The translations under genes were made by a program, and so were the position numbers. Under the pieces are notes generated by a model. The model was not told where the DNA came from and searched no databases. It saw only the letters and a list, made by a program, of their open reading frames with translations. From an archaeon (lineage in GTDB: Archaea; Nanobdellota; Nanobdellia; SCGC-AAA011-G17; GW2011-AR17), in the NCBI GenBank assembly GCA_043825775.1, contig JBDRRK010000012.1:1237-65236 (forward strand): 64,000 bases of DNA, in the 5' to 3' direction. Shown in pieces: positions 30,257 through 39,542 of this stretch. Every line of letters starts with the position of its first letter. Position 1 is the stretch's first letter.

Positions 30257-31485
30257 TGAAAAGAGGCATTATATTTTTGGTTATATTACTATTTTGTTTG
30301 TCTTTAGTAAGTGCAACACAGACAGTAATAACAAAATCAGATGAATATAGAATTGATTTACTTCGTTATGATCCTTCACCAATGCAGCCAGCTGAGACTT
30401 CTGTTGTTTATTTTGAAATTACAAATTTGGGTGATGAAATGGTTGATGATTTAGAAATAAATTTAGTAGAAAGTTATCCTTTTTTATTGGGTGAAGGACA
30501 GAGTGATAAAGTTAATTTAAATTTAGCTGCTGGAGAGAAGGGTTCTTTTTCATTTCCTGTTTTTGTTAACAAAGATGCAGAAGATGGATTTTATAGTTTA
30601 AGTTTAAGTTTTTATTCAGAGAAAAAAGGTATGTATGTTAGTCAATTATTTACAATTTATGTTCAAAGAGTTAATAGAGTTGTTTCTGCAACAAGCGTTT
30701 CTGTAGAGAAATCTGATGTTGAAGAAATACCTGGAGTTTTAGAACCTGGAGAGATTGGACAAGTTTCTTTTTCAGTAAGAAATTCAGCTGATTATACAAT
30801 GAAAGATGTTTCTGTTAGACTTGTTTTAAATGATTCATCACCATTTGCACCAATTGGAAGCACTGCACAAAAAGAAATTAGTGAAATAGCTCCTGGTAAA
30901 TTAAAAGATGTTTCTTTTGATGTTATTGCTCTACCAGATGCTTTGTCTGGAGTTTACAAAGTAGATTTAGAAATTGTATATTATAATGAGTTGGGAACAA
31001 AGTATACAAGAACTGATATGATTGGTTTAGTAATTTCTGGCGATCCTAAATTTCATGTAGAAATTAAAGATAATTCAATTGCAAATGTTGGTGGGCAGGG
31101 TGAAGTTACTTTGAATATTGTTAATACTGGTTTAACAAAAGTTAAATTTTTAACTGTTGAATTAAATGAAGGAGATTATAATATTTTATCTGAAAATAAT
31201 GTTTATTTAGGAGATATAGATTCTGATGATGATCAGAGTGTTGATTTTATTTTAGATTTGACTTCTAGTGATAAAATTATAGAGTTACCCTTAACTCTTA
31301 CTTTTTTGGATGCTAACAATCAAGAGTATGTTGTTGAACAAAGTGCTGAATTGCAAATTTATGATTTAGAAAAAAGTAATGGTAAAATTACTTGGATTAT
31401 TTTGATTGTTTTAATACTTGTAGTAGGAATTATTGTTTATAGTAAGTATAGGAAAAGGTTCAAGGGTTTCTTTAAGAAAAAATGA
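30256..31485 (+). CDS. COG1361-like S-layer/Ig-domain exported protein
   Basis: Signal peptide, repeated Ig-like beta modules, C-terminal TM; typical position between ABC ATPase and permease. Confidence 0.75.
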   Translation: MKRGIIFLVILLFCLSLVSATQTVITKSDEYRIDLLRYDPSPMQPAETSVVYFEITNLGDEMVDDLEINLVESYPFLLGEGQSDKVNLNLAAGEKGSFSFPVFVNKDAEDGFYSLSLSFYSEKKGMYVSQLFTIYVQRVNRVVSATSVSVEKSDVEEIPGVLEPGEIGQVSFSVRNSADYTMKDVSVRLVLNDSSPFAPIGSTAQKEISEIAPGKLKDVSFDVIALPDALSGVYKVDLEIVYYNELGTKYTRTDMIGLVISGDPKFHVEIKDNSIANVGGQGEVTLNIVNTGLTKVKFLTVELNEGDYNILSENNVYLGDIDSDDDQSVDFILDLTSSDKIIELPLTLTFLDANNQEYVVEQSAELQIYDLEKSNGKITWIILIVLILVVGIIVYSKYRKRFKGFFKKK

Positions 31486-32702
31486 TTAAAGACTATTTTG
31501 CATTTGCTTTCAGGAGCATTGTAACAAGGAAGTTAAGAAGTTGGTTAACTATAATTGGAATTTTTATTGGTATTGCTACGGTTGTTGCTTTGATTGCAGT
31601 TGGTCAAGGAATGGAAGCTGCTGTTACAGAACAGTTTGAAAAATTAGGAACTGATAAAATTGTTATTTCTGCTGGTGGAGATGCTGCTGGTTCTACTTTT
31701 GGAATGGGTTTGGCTGCTAAACCTATAACTTATGATGATATAGATGTTGTCAATGATGTAAGGGGTGTTGATGTTGCTGCTGGAATGGTTACAAGAATTG
31801 CAGCTGTAAAATTTGGTGATGAAACTAAAAATACATGGATTAATGGTTATCCTGTAGATGAAACTTCTGAGGTTATTGAAGATATACAGTCATATAAAGT
31901 TATTGAGGGAAGAGATTTAGAAGATGGTGATACTTATGAGATGGTTATTGGAAATGATTTTGCTTATGATTTTTTTGAGGATGAAGTTTCTGTTGGTGAT
32001 AAAATAGAGATTGAAGGTAAGAAATTTAGGGTTATTGGTATCTTGGATACGATTGGAAATAGACAGGATGATACAGCTGCTTCTATTCCAATTGATACAG
32101 CTGCTGAAATATTTGGTACAAGGGATGAAATTTATGGAATAATGGTTAAAGTTGATGCTGGTGAAGATCCTCCTGTTATTGCTGAGAGAATTAAAGAAGA
32201 TTTAAGAGATTTTAGAGACGAAGAAGAAGGGGAAGAAAGTTTTTCTGTTCAAACTTTTCAGCAGATTTTGGAACAGGTAGGAGTTGTGTTGAATATTATT
32301 ACTGCTGTGTTGTTAGGGATTGCTGGAATTTCATTGTTAGTTGGTGGAATAGGTATTATGAATACTATGTATACTTCTGTACTTGAGAGAACAAAAGAGA
32401 TTGGAATTATGAAAAGTATTGGTGCTAAGAATTCTGATGTTATGTTAATATTTGTTTTAGAATCTGGGATGTATGGTTTGGTTGGAGGGGGAGTTGGTAT
32501 TATCTTTGGTGCTGGTTTATCCTTGATTGTTGCACAGGTTGCTGGAGCTGCATTAGGCATTGATTATTTTAGGGCTCAGATTTCTATATGGTTGATTTTA
32601 GGTGCTTTAGCTTTTAGTTTTATTGTTGGAATTGCTTCTGGTGTATTCCCTGCTAGACAGGCTTCAAAGATGCAGCCAGTTGATGCATTGAGATATGAGT
32701 AA
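31482..32702 (+). CDS. MacB/FtsX-family ABC permease
   Basis: RKLRSWLTIIGIFIGIA, GIMNTMYTSVLERTKEIGIMKSIGA, PVDALRYE. Confidence 0.93.
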   Translation: MIKDYFAFAFRSIVTRKLRSWLTIIGIFIGIATVVALIAVGQGMEAAVTEQFEKLGTDKIVISAGGDAAGSTFGMGLAAKPITYDDIDVVNDVRGVDVAAGMVTRIAAVKFGDETKNTWINGYPVDETSEVIEDIQSYKVIEGRDLEDGDTYEMVIGNDFAYDFFEDEVSVGDKIEIEGKKFRVIGILDTIGNRQDDTAASIPIDTAAEIFGTRDEIYGIMVKVDAGEDPPVIAERIKEDLRDFRDEEEGEESFSVQTFQQILEQVGVVLNIITAVLLGIAGISLLVGGIGIMNTMYTSVLERTKEIGIMKSIGAKNSDVMLIFVLESGMYGLVGGGVGIIFGAGLSLIVAQVAGAALGIDYFRAQISIWLILGALAFSFIVGIASGVFPARQASKMQPVDALRYE

Positions 32703-32737
32703 AGCTTTTAAAGAAAAGTTTTGTATTCTTTAGATAT

Positions 32738-32868
32738 GCCGAGGTGGCGCAACCTGGTACCGCGCAGATTATATTTATAGTATAAGTGTAAGCCTGGAAA
32801 GAGAATCTTTTCAAGACCAGATAGCCTGTTTCCATCTGGATATCTGGGTTCGAATCCCAGCCTCGGCG
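32738..32868 (+). tRNA. tRNA-Ser(GGA) with two introns (32768-32791 at 29/30; 32800-32822 at 37/38); integration site
   Basis: Removing both introns gives CAGGC-CTGGAAA-GCCTG, a long variable arm and discriminator G; both junctions form BHB/BHL motifs. Confidence 0.88.
32856..32868 (+). repeat. attL core CCCAGCCTCGGCG
   Basis: 3' end of tRNA-Ser, repeated at 45863-45875. Confidence 0.85.
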
Positions 32869-32987
32869 GATTTATTCTGTTTAGGTTCCCTGTATGAAAA
32901 TATGTATCGACTTCATACTTGTGTTTAGGTTCGCTGTAGGTATTACCTGCACTTAAATATGAGTTCTGACATAATAGGAGTATAACA

Positions 32988-34220
32988 ATGGCAGAAGATG
33001 ATATCTATAAAAGTAAGCAAAAATATGAAACTGTTGTTAATGGTTTTGATAGCTTAATAGAGAAACCAACTGGTAAAAGTAAATATTTTTGTAAGAATAA
33101 AAAGAATATAAAATATTTTAAGGGGTTGGTTAAATATTTTGATTTGAAAGATTTAAGTTATATTAGAAGACGTAAGGTTTTGTACATTATGAGATTAATT
33201 ACTTTTGTGATTAAAAAAGATTTGAAAGATTGTGAAAGAGAAGATGTTAATGAATTGGTTGCTTTTGGTCATGAAAGGTTTAAGACAATAACAAGTAAAA
33301 AAGATTTTATCAAGGATGTAAAAGTAATTTGGAGAGTTCTTTTTCCTGAAAAAGATAATAAGGGAAGAATAGATGAAACCTTAACTCCTTATGCAGTAAG
33401 GCATTTGTCTAATAAAATAGATAAAAGTAAAGAGAAATTAAGGAATGATAGGATTTCTTTAGAAGAGTTTGAAGCGATTGTTAAATTCTATGATAATGAT
33501 CCTAAAATGCAGGCTTATTTGACTCTTGCTTTTGAAAGTTTGGGTAGACCTCAGGAAATTCTTTATACTAAAATAAAAGATTATGAATTTTATGATAACT
33601 ATGCGAGGATTTGGATATCTGAACATGGGAAAGAAGGATGTGGTTTTTTACAATGTATTGATAGTCTGCCTTATGTTTTGAATTGGTATAGGAATCATCC
33701 TTTGAAAGGTGATAAAGATGCATTCTTTTTTATTAGTGAGAACAATAGGGCTAAGTATGGGCAGTTGAAAAACCATAATATCAATCAAAGATTAAAACAT
33801 GCTTGTAAGGTTTTAGGTATTGATAAGAATATAACTTGTTATTCTTTGAAAAGAAATGGTATTACTCATAGAAGAATAAGAGGAGATTCTGATACAGAGA
33901 TACAGCATGCTGCCAGATGGACTTCTACAAGGCAGTTGAAGATATATGATATGAGTACTCAAGAAGATGCCTTGAAAATTGCTTTGAAGAAAAGAGGGTT
34001 TGTAGAGAAAGAGTCTAATGTAAATACTGAAAGTAAAAAGTGTGTGTTTTGTGGTCAAGATAATGGGTTTTCAGAAGAGTTTTGCTCTGTTTGTAAAAGA
34101 CCTTTAGATAGGGATAAGTTAAGGGAACAGGCACAGATGCACGAAAGGTTGATGCAGAACAATATTGTCCAGAAATTAGATAAAATGGAGCAGATGTTTG
34201 GGAAGATGAAAAAGATGTAA
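32988..34220 (+). CDS. Tyrosine recombinase/integrase with C-terminal Zn ribbon
   Basis: LGRPQE, HGKE, YSLKRNGITH, ARWT...IYD; CVFC...CSVC. Confidence 0.88.
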   Translation: MAEDDIYKSKQKYETVVNGFDSLIEKPTGKSKYFCKNKKNIKYFKGLVKYFDLKDLSYIRRRKVLYIMRLITFVIKKDLKDCEREDVNELVAFGHERFKTITSKKDFIKDVKVIWRVLFPEKDNKGRIDETLTPYAVRHLSNKIDKSKEKLRNDRISLEEFEAIVKFYDNDPKMQAYLTLAFESLGRPQEILYTKIKDYEFYDNYARIWISEHGKEGCGFLQCIDSLPYVLNWYRNHPLKGDKDAFFFISENNRAKYGQLKNHNINQRLKHACKVLGIDKNITCYSLKRNGITHRRIRGDSDTEIQHAARWTSTRQLKIYDMSTQEDALKIALKKRGFVEKESNVNTESKKCVFCGQDNGFSEEFCSVCKRPLDRDKLREQAQMHERLMQNNIVQKLDKMEQMFGKMKKM

Positions 34221-34247
34221 TTCTAAAGTAGTAACATAACCAAAAGG

Positions 34248-34278
34248 CTTATAAAGGAGTGTAAAATCCCACTTTACA
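34248..34278 (+). promoter_or_regulatory. TATA box and inverted-repeat operator of the RHH-DGR operon
   Basis: AAAAGGC-TTATAAA ~26 nt before ATG 34281; TGTAAA-N7-TTTACA at 34260-34278. Confidence 0.55.
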
Positions 34279-34280
34279 AG

Positions 34281-34424
34281 ATGAAACAGAAATTAAGCAT
34301 AACTATCGAGGAAGAAACTATAAAAAAATTAGAACAATTCATCCAAACTGGTAAATTTAGAAATAAATCACACTTAATAGAATATAGTCTTAATGAATTT
34401 TTGAGAGGAGAAAAAAATGAGTGA
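34281..34424 (+). CDS. Ribbon-helix-helix (CopG/MetJ-Arc) regulator, 47 aa; not in the ORF track
   Basis: MKQKLSITIEEETIKKLEQFIQTGKFRNKSHLIEYSLNEFL; overlaps the AAA start. Confidence 0.8.
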   Translation: MKQKLSITIEEETIKKLEQFIQTGKFRNKSHLIEYSLNEFLRGEKNE

Positions 34425-35784
34425 ATTAACCTATGATGAATTAGTATTTCCAAATTATGTAAATAGTAATACTGCAGTTCGATTGAGAGCTAATATTGAT
34501 GGAAGATTACAAACATTAGAGTTAAGTGTTTGTGATATGGCTTATGCAATTGAACTTGCTGGTTTGAATAGTTTATGGTTATCTGATACTGGAAGAGGTA
34601 AAACTCAGTTAATGTCTGATATTGCTTGGCATCATTTTGGTGGTGACCAAGAAGAAGGTGATGCTAACTGGGCTGATGGAAGACCAAGTTTTGATATTAC
34701 TGATTTGTTTGAAAGAACTCAAGTTGATTTAGAATCAGGAAAGTTTGATAGTGATACTGCTCGTCAAGTTAAGGCAAACAGAATTAGAAGAATGTTTTTT
34801 GGAGTTGATGAAATTAATCGTGCTCCTAATCCAAGACAGAACGAATTTTTTGATTTAGCTGATGGTAAATATACTTTTAATGGGAGGAGACTGGATTTAG
34901 GTAAAGAAGGTTATGCTATTTTTATGGCTACTGCCAACTTAAACAAAATGAATGGTGATTTCTCTGGAACTTTTGAATTAGATAGAGCTCTTTTGAACAG
35001 AGCCCATGTAACTATAGATTTAGATCATCCTGATTTCAGACCTACTGTTGAGGATGAAATGCTTATTGAAGAGGGGAAAGCTAATCCAAAAGTAGATATT
35101 GCTCCTGCTCAAAATTTAAGTGGTAAAATCTTAACAGCAAATAAAGAAATAATGGCTACAGCTAGACAACTGAATCCTTATTTTACTGCTTTTAGATTTT
35201 TGATAGGAAGAGGATTAGATTATTGTGCTACAGATAAATATGATGAAAAAGGATCAAATTTTCCAATGCTCTGTGCTGAATGTGATGACACAGGTAAAGA
35301 TCTTTGTTCTAGGGTTAAAGGTTCTTCAGAAAGAACCTTACCTGCAGTAAAGAGTTTAGCTTATGCTTTGTCATATATTGCAAAATTGAAAACTGGAAAA
35401 GAAGTTGAAATTGATCCATTAGATGCTACTTTGCAGGCATTTAGATTTACTACATATCATGGTAATTTAAATGAGCTTATGGCTGAAGACCAATATGCAA
35501 TGAGAAAACAGATTATGATGGATGAAACAGTTGAAAAGTTATCTGGTGTTGTTGATGTTTTACGTCCTTATTTGCCAATTATGATAGATGGTGGGGAACC
35601 AGTTATTGTTAGTTACCAATTTAAAGGTGAACAATTTGATGGTCCAAAAACAGATAAAACAATTAGTACATTAAGAAAAGCAGGGATTTCATATCAGGAA
35701 AAGGGACTCAAAGCTGAATTAAAAGAACAAGGTCTTGGTACTGACTGGATTGACCCTTATGTTAAATCTATGAGGAAAAAATGA
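34417..35784 (+). CDS. MoxR-type AAA+ ATPase
   Basis: SDTGRGKT Walker A, GVDEINRA Walker B, MATAN sensor 1, LDRALLNR Arg finger; 4-Cys insert. Confidence 0.85.
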   Translation: MSELTYDELVFPNYVNSNTAVRLRANIDGRLQTLELSVCDMAYAIELAGLNSLWLSDTGRGKTQLMSDIAWHHFGGDQEEGDANWADGRPSFDITDLFERTQVDLESGKFDSDTARQVKANRIRRMFFGVDEINRAPNPRQNEFFDLADGKYTFNGRRLDLGKEGYAIFMATANLNKMNGDFSGTFELDRALLNRAHVTIDLDHPDFRPTVEDEMLIEEGKANPKVDIAPAQNLSGKILTANKEIMATARQLNPYFTAFRFLIGRGLDYCATDKYDEKGSNFPMLCAECDDTGKDLCSRVKGSSERTLPAVKSLAYALSYIAKLKTGKEVEIDPLDATLQAFRFTTYHGNLNELMAEDQYAMRKQIMMDETVEKLSGVVDVLRPYLPIMIDGGEPVIVSYQFKGEQFDGPKTDKTISTLRKAGISYQEKGLKAELKEQGLGTDWIDPYVKSMRKK

Positions 35785-36551
35785 CTAACACACTAAAACC
35801 ACTGAACTTAGGAAGAAGAATACTAACAGAAGAGGAAGTTTTAGAGCAGTTAGCGGGTTATCAACCAACTAATCCTAGACAAGAACTTGAACCAACTCCT
35901 CAACCACAACCAACACCGGAGCCAGAACAAGAAGCAGATATAATTCCTCAAGACTATATACTATTAGAAGGAACAAATAACTATCAAGATACATTTATTT
36001 CAACTACAAGAACACACCAAGGAAATAATTGGAATAAAACCCAAGAGCTTTTACATGCACGAGATCTCTATATGCCTACTATTAAGCAATTTGTTGATTT
36101 TCTTAAATTACTGAGAAGTGGAACAGCTTTTAATGGAAATGGAGATAACATTCCATCTTCACAACTGGATGCAATATACAAGGACATAACTGAAGTGAAA
36201 GACCCATGGAGAGCAGAATGGTTGGATGCTAAATTTGAAGGTAACCTTATTCATTATCATCATAGAACCAGGCAGGGAAGTTTACAATCTGTAGTTTCAG
36301 AAGGACTAGTTCCATATTTAAGACAGGACAAGACCCCCGGTATTGATTTAGAATACTGGATAAACAATTCCACTTCACAAGGTTTACCTTTGGATAATAC
36401 TCTAAATGGGAATTTATATTATTGGCATCCAAGAGATGGTGCTGTCGCGAGGTTCAGTGCGAATTCGGATAGGGCTTACCTTATTTGTAGCAGGTACCCT
36501 TGGAGCTCGAATTCCTCTCTCGGGGTACGTCCTTGCGCGCGAAAAAATTAA
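35781..36551 (+). CDS. DGR target protein 1 (C-terminal VR, probable CLec fold)
   Basis: VR1 at the 3' end; ...SSLGVRPC terminus typical of CLec-type DGR targets. Confidence 0.9.
   Translation: MTNTLKPLNLGRRILTEEEVLEQLAGYQPTNPRQELEPTPQPQPTPEPEQEADIIPQDYILLEGTNNYQDTFISTTRTHQGNNWNKTQELLHARDLYMPTIKQFVDFLKLLRSGTAFNGNGDNIPSSQLDAIYKDITEVKDPWRAEWLDAKFEGNLIHYHHRTRQGSLQSVVSEGLVPYLRQDKTPGIDLEYWINNSTSQGLPLDNTLNGNLYYWHPRDGAVARFSANSDRAYLICSRYPWSSNSSLGVRPCARKN
36442..36527 (+). repeat. DGR variable repeat VR1
   Basis: 86 nt; differs from the intron-less TR at 9 positions, all TR adenines. Confidence 0.95.
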
Positions 36552-36569
36552 CGATCAATACAAGAAAAA

Positions 36570-38378
36570 ATGGATACAAACCAAGTAACAGAAGAAATCA
36601 AGGCAAGAGAAACTGCAAGATTTAACTATAAAGGAAAGGTTTTAGTTAGAGAGTTATCTAGAGAACCTTGTTTTTCTGGCAGTATTGATATGCTTACTAC
36701 TGCAAAAATAGAGGTTGGTTATAATCCAGATTATCCAGAAGAAGCTCAACATTTAGAAGGAATTGTTACTGAACCTTTTGAAAGAGCAATGACTTCAGTT
36801 TTAAGACATGAGCTTAATCATAAAGGTGGAGGAGAATTTCAAGGATGCCCTAGAAATATTGATTTACATGCTGAAAATGTTCTTGAACCTGCAGCAGAAG
36901 TATTACAAAGTTTAGGTTTACCAAATGTCCCTGTTACTGAAAATCAAACTCTTTATGCTTACATGGCTAACTTAATAGAAGATGTTTTTGACAATGCAGA
37001 ATTAGGCAATAATTCTGACCATGTTGGTATGTTTCTAGCTTACAAAGATGATGCTCAACATCTACCTGATGATATGGAAGGGAAACTCTCACCTCTATTT
37101 GATGCTTTTGTTCAATTGCAACAAAAATTATATGGTGGGAGAGCAAGCAGAAAATTATTAGCTGAACATTATTCTGATGATAATAGAGTTCAAACTGCAA
37201 TTGATAATTTTATGCAAAGGTCTGGTTTGACTGATATGACGAGAGAAGTCACAACTAGAAGAAGAAAAGAGAGAGTTGAAATATTTGATAGAAAAGAAGC
37301 AGTTCAATATTTGATGGATGAAAACAATTGGCCAGAATTGTCAAAAATCTTAACAGAAGAATTTGCTGAATTGATTGATAAAAATAAATTACAACAACCA
37401 GATTATGTTAAAGGAACTTTCATACCTCTAAAAGGTGAGGCTGATGGATTTTCTGATGAAATGGATGATAAAGAGACTAAAATGAGATTAGTTTGGAAAA
37501 AATATGTTGAAGGAAAGGGAAAAGAATCAAGTCCTGCTTTCCAACCTCCTGCTTATTTAGAAAGTTTTGAAGCTTTGGATTTAGTCTATCAAAGATTAGC
37601 AAGAAATTTAGAAATCAAAACAAAAGCTTCCACAAGAACTGCAAGTATGCCTGTAATGCACTATGGAAAGAGAAAGTTTGACCCAAGAAGAGATAAATTA
37701 TCAAAAGCCAGAATTGGTTTTGGCAGAAAAGGAAAATTAGAGTTAAGTGTAGGAAGATTTCATGAGGATTATCCAGTTGAATATACTGAAAGAATGAGAA
37801 GTCTGCCAGAAATAAAGTTTGTTATGATGGATACCTCTGGAAGTATGTCTCATCCTGTAGAAGGAAGTGATACTGGTAAAGTCATGAATCCTTGGGCAGA
37901 TGAAAGAAGACAATGGGGAGATAATAGCAGATATCATCATGCGTTAGTTGCTTGGTATGGTTTGTTAGGATTATTAAGAAAACAAGGAACATTAAAACAT
38001 AAATCAGTCAAATTAGCTAATTATTCAAGTTCTACTCAAACAGCTTCTGATTTAAGAGATGCTAAAAAATTGGCTTTAACACCTCAGTTCGGAGGTACAG
38101 AGTTAGATTTAGACACTATTGATGATATGTTTGGAAGAGACCAGTTGATATTCTCTTTATCAGATGGAGATGTTGATAACTGGAATCGAATTAAAGATGA
38201 ATATATCCAAAGAGCCAAACAAAATCATTATTTTCATTTGCAAATTGGTGGAGAAACAGCAATGTCACGAGATTTAGAATCTGCAGGTTTGGTAGTTAAA
38301 TATGATGATGGTAAGAATTTAGGTAAAATGGTTATTGATTTAACAAGACCATATATTACTAGGATGGAGAAAAAATGA
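36570..38378 (+). CDS. HExxH metallopeptidase-like plus vWA (MIDAS) protein
   Basis: VLRHELNH; MMDTSGSMS, GGT, LSDG. Confidence 0.8.
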   Translation: MDTNQVTEEIKARETARFNYKGKVLVRELSREPCFSGSIDMLTTAKIEVGYNPDYPEEAQHLEGIVTEPFERAMTSVLRHELNHKGGGEFQGCPRNIDLHAENVLEPAAEVLQSLGLPNVPVTENQTLYAYMANLIEDVFDNAELGNNSDHVGMFLAYKDDAQHLPDDMEGKLSPLFDAFVQLQQKLYGGRASRKLLAEHYSDDNRVQTAIDNFMQRSGLTDMTREVTTRRRKERVEIFDRKEAVQYLMDENNWPELSKILTEEFAELIDKNKLQQPDYVKGTFIPLKGEADGFSDEMDDKETKMRLVWKKYVEGKGKESSPAFQPPAYLESFEALDLVYQRLARNLEIKTKASTRTASMPVMHYGKRKFDPRRDKLSKARIGFGRKGKLELSVGRFHEDYPVEYTERMRSLPEIKFVMMDTSGSMSHPVEGSDTGKVMNPWADERRQWGDNSRYHHALVAWYGLLGLLRKQGTLKHKSVKLANYSSSTQTASDLRDAKKLALTPQFGGTELDLDTIDDMFGRDQLIFSLSDGDVDNWNRIKDEYIQRAKQNHYFHLQIGGETAMSRDLESAGLVVKYDDGKNLGKMVIDLTRPYITRMEKK

Positions 38379-39166
38379 CTAACACACTAAAACCCCTGAA
38401 CTTAGGAAGAAGAATACTAACAGAAGAGGAAGTTTTAGAGCAGTTAGCAGGTTATCAACCAACTAATCCTAGACAAGAACCTGAACCAACACCTCAACCA
38501 CAACCAACACGGGAACCAGAACAAGAAGCAGATATAATTCCTCAAGATTATATTCTATTAGAATCTACTGGTAATTATCCAGATACTCACATTTCAACTA
38601 CAAGGATACACCAAGGAAATAATTGGTTTCAAGCACATGAAGAGCTACACAAAGAAGGATTGTATATGCCTACATTAAGACAGTTTGTAGATTTCTTAAA
38701 GTTATTAAAAGGAGGAAAGGCATTTAATGGCCAAGGAAATAAAATTCCAAAAAACCAATTGGAACAAATACTGAAAGAAATAATTGAAGTAAGAGCTCCT
38801 GGTAGAGCAGAGTGGCTTGATGCTGATTTTAAGGTAAAGAGTGATATTTTACATATAAATTACAATCATAGAACTGTTGGTGGACAATTACAACCAAATC
38901 AGTCAGAAGTTTTACAACCTTATTTGGATCAAAATAAAACTCCGGGAATTGGTTTAGAGTATTGGTTAAACAATGCAACATCAAGACATGGTCTGCCACC
39001 AGCAAATACTTCAGATGGAAGTTTATATTACTGGGCTCCAATGTCTGACAATAATTCTGTCGCGAGGTTCGATGCGTATTCGGGTAGGGCTAGCCTTAGT
39101 TGTGACGGGAACCCTAGGGACTCGAATTCCTCTCTCGGGGTACGTCCTTGCGCGCGAAAAAATTAA
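38375..39166 (+). CDS. DGR target protein 2 (paralogue of target 1)
   Basis: Near-identical first ~63 aa; VR2 at the 3' end. Confidence 0.9.
   Translation: MTNTLKPLNLGRRILTEEEVLEQLAGYQPTNPRQEPEPTPQPQPTREPEQEADIIPQDYILLESTGNYPDTHISTTRIHQGNNWFQAHEELHKEGLYMPTLRQFVDFLKLLKGGKAFNGQGNKIPKNQLEQILKEIIEVRAPGRAEWLDADFKVKSDILHINYNHRTVGGQLQPNQSEVLQPYLDQNKTPGIGLEYWLNNATSRHGLPPANTSDGSLYYWAPMSDNNSVARFDAYSGRASLSCDGNPRDSNSSLGVRPCARKN
39057..39142 (+). repeat. DGR variable repeat VR2
   Basis: 86 nt; differs from the intron-less TR at 10 positions, all TR adenines. Confidence 0.95.
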
Positions 39167-39418
39167 CTATCAATACAAGACATAAAAATATAAAAACTAT
39201 GATTTTCTTAATTCCTTGTCTTAGAGACATTATCTTGAGTATTTCCACATCCTAAGGAAATGCAATGAAGGATAATCGCAAGGGCTACATGTAGATTCAT
39301 TAGTGCATTTTCAAAATGTCATAAAATTCAATAATGATAGATAGTAATAATGACAAACCTTGGGAAAGTTTAGAGTGAAACCTAAAATTATGGTGCTTTT
39401 ACAATGAGTTTGCTAAAT

Positions 39419-39523
39419 CTGTCGCGAGGTTCAATGCGAATTCGGATAGGGCTAACCTTAATTGTAACAGGAACCCTAGGAACTCGAAATCTTTTTTAAG
39501 ACGAGATTTCCTCTCTCGGAATA
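39419..39523 (+). ncRNA. DGR template repeat (TR) containing a 19-nt BHB intron at 39489-39507
   Basis: AAY-rich copy of the VRs directly upstream of RT; 105 nt = 86 + 19. Confidence 0.93.
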
Positions 39524-39542
39524 ACCTTTGTTATCTAAGACA

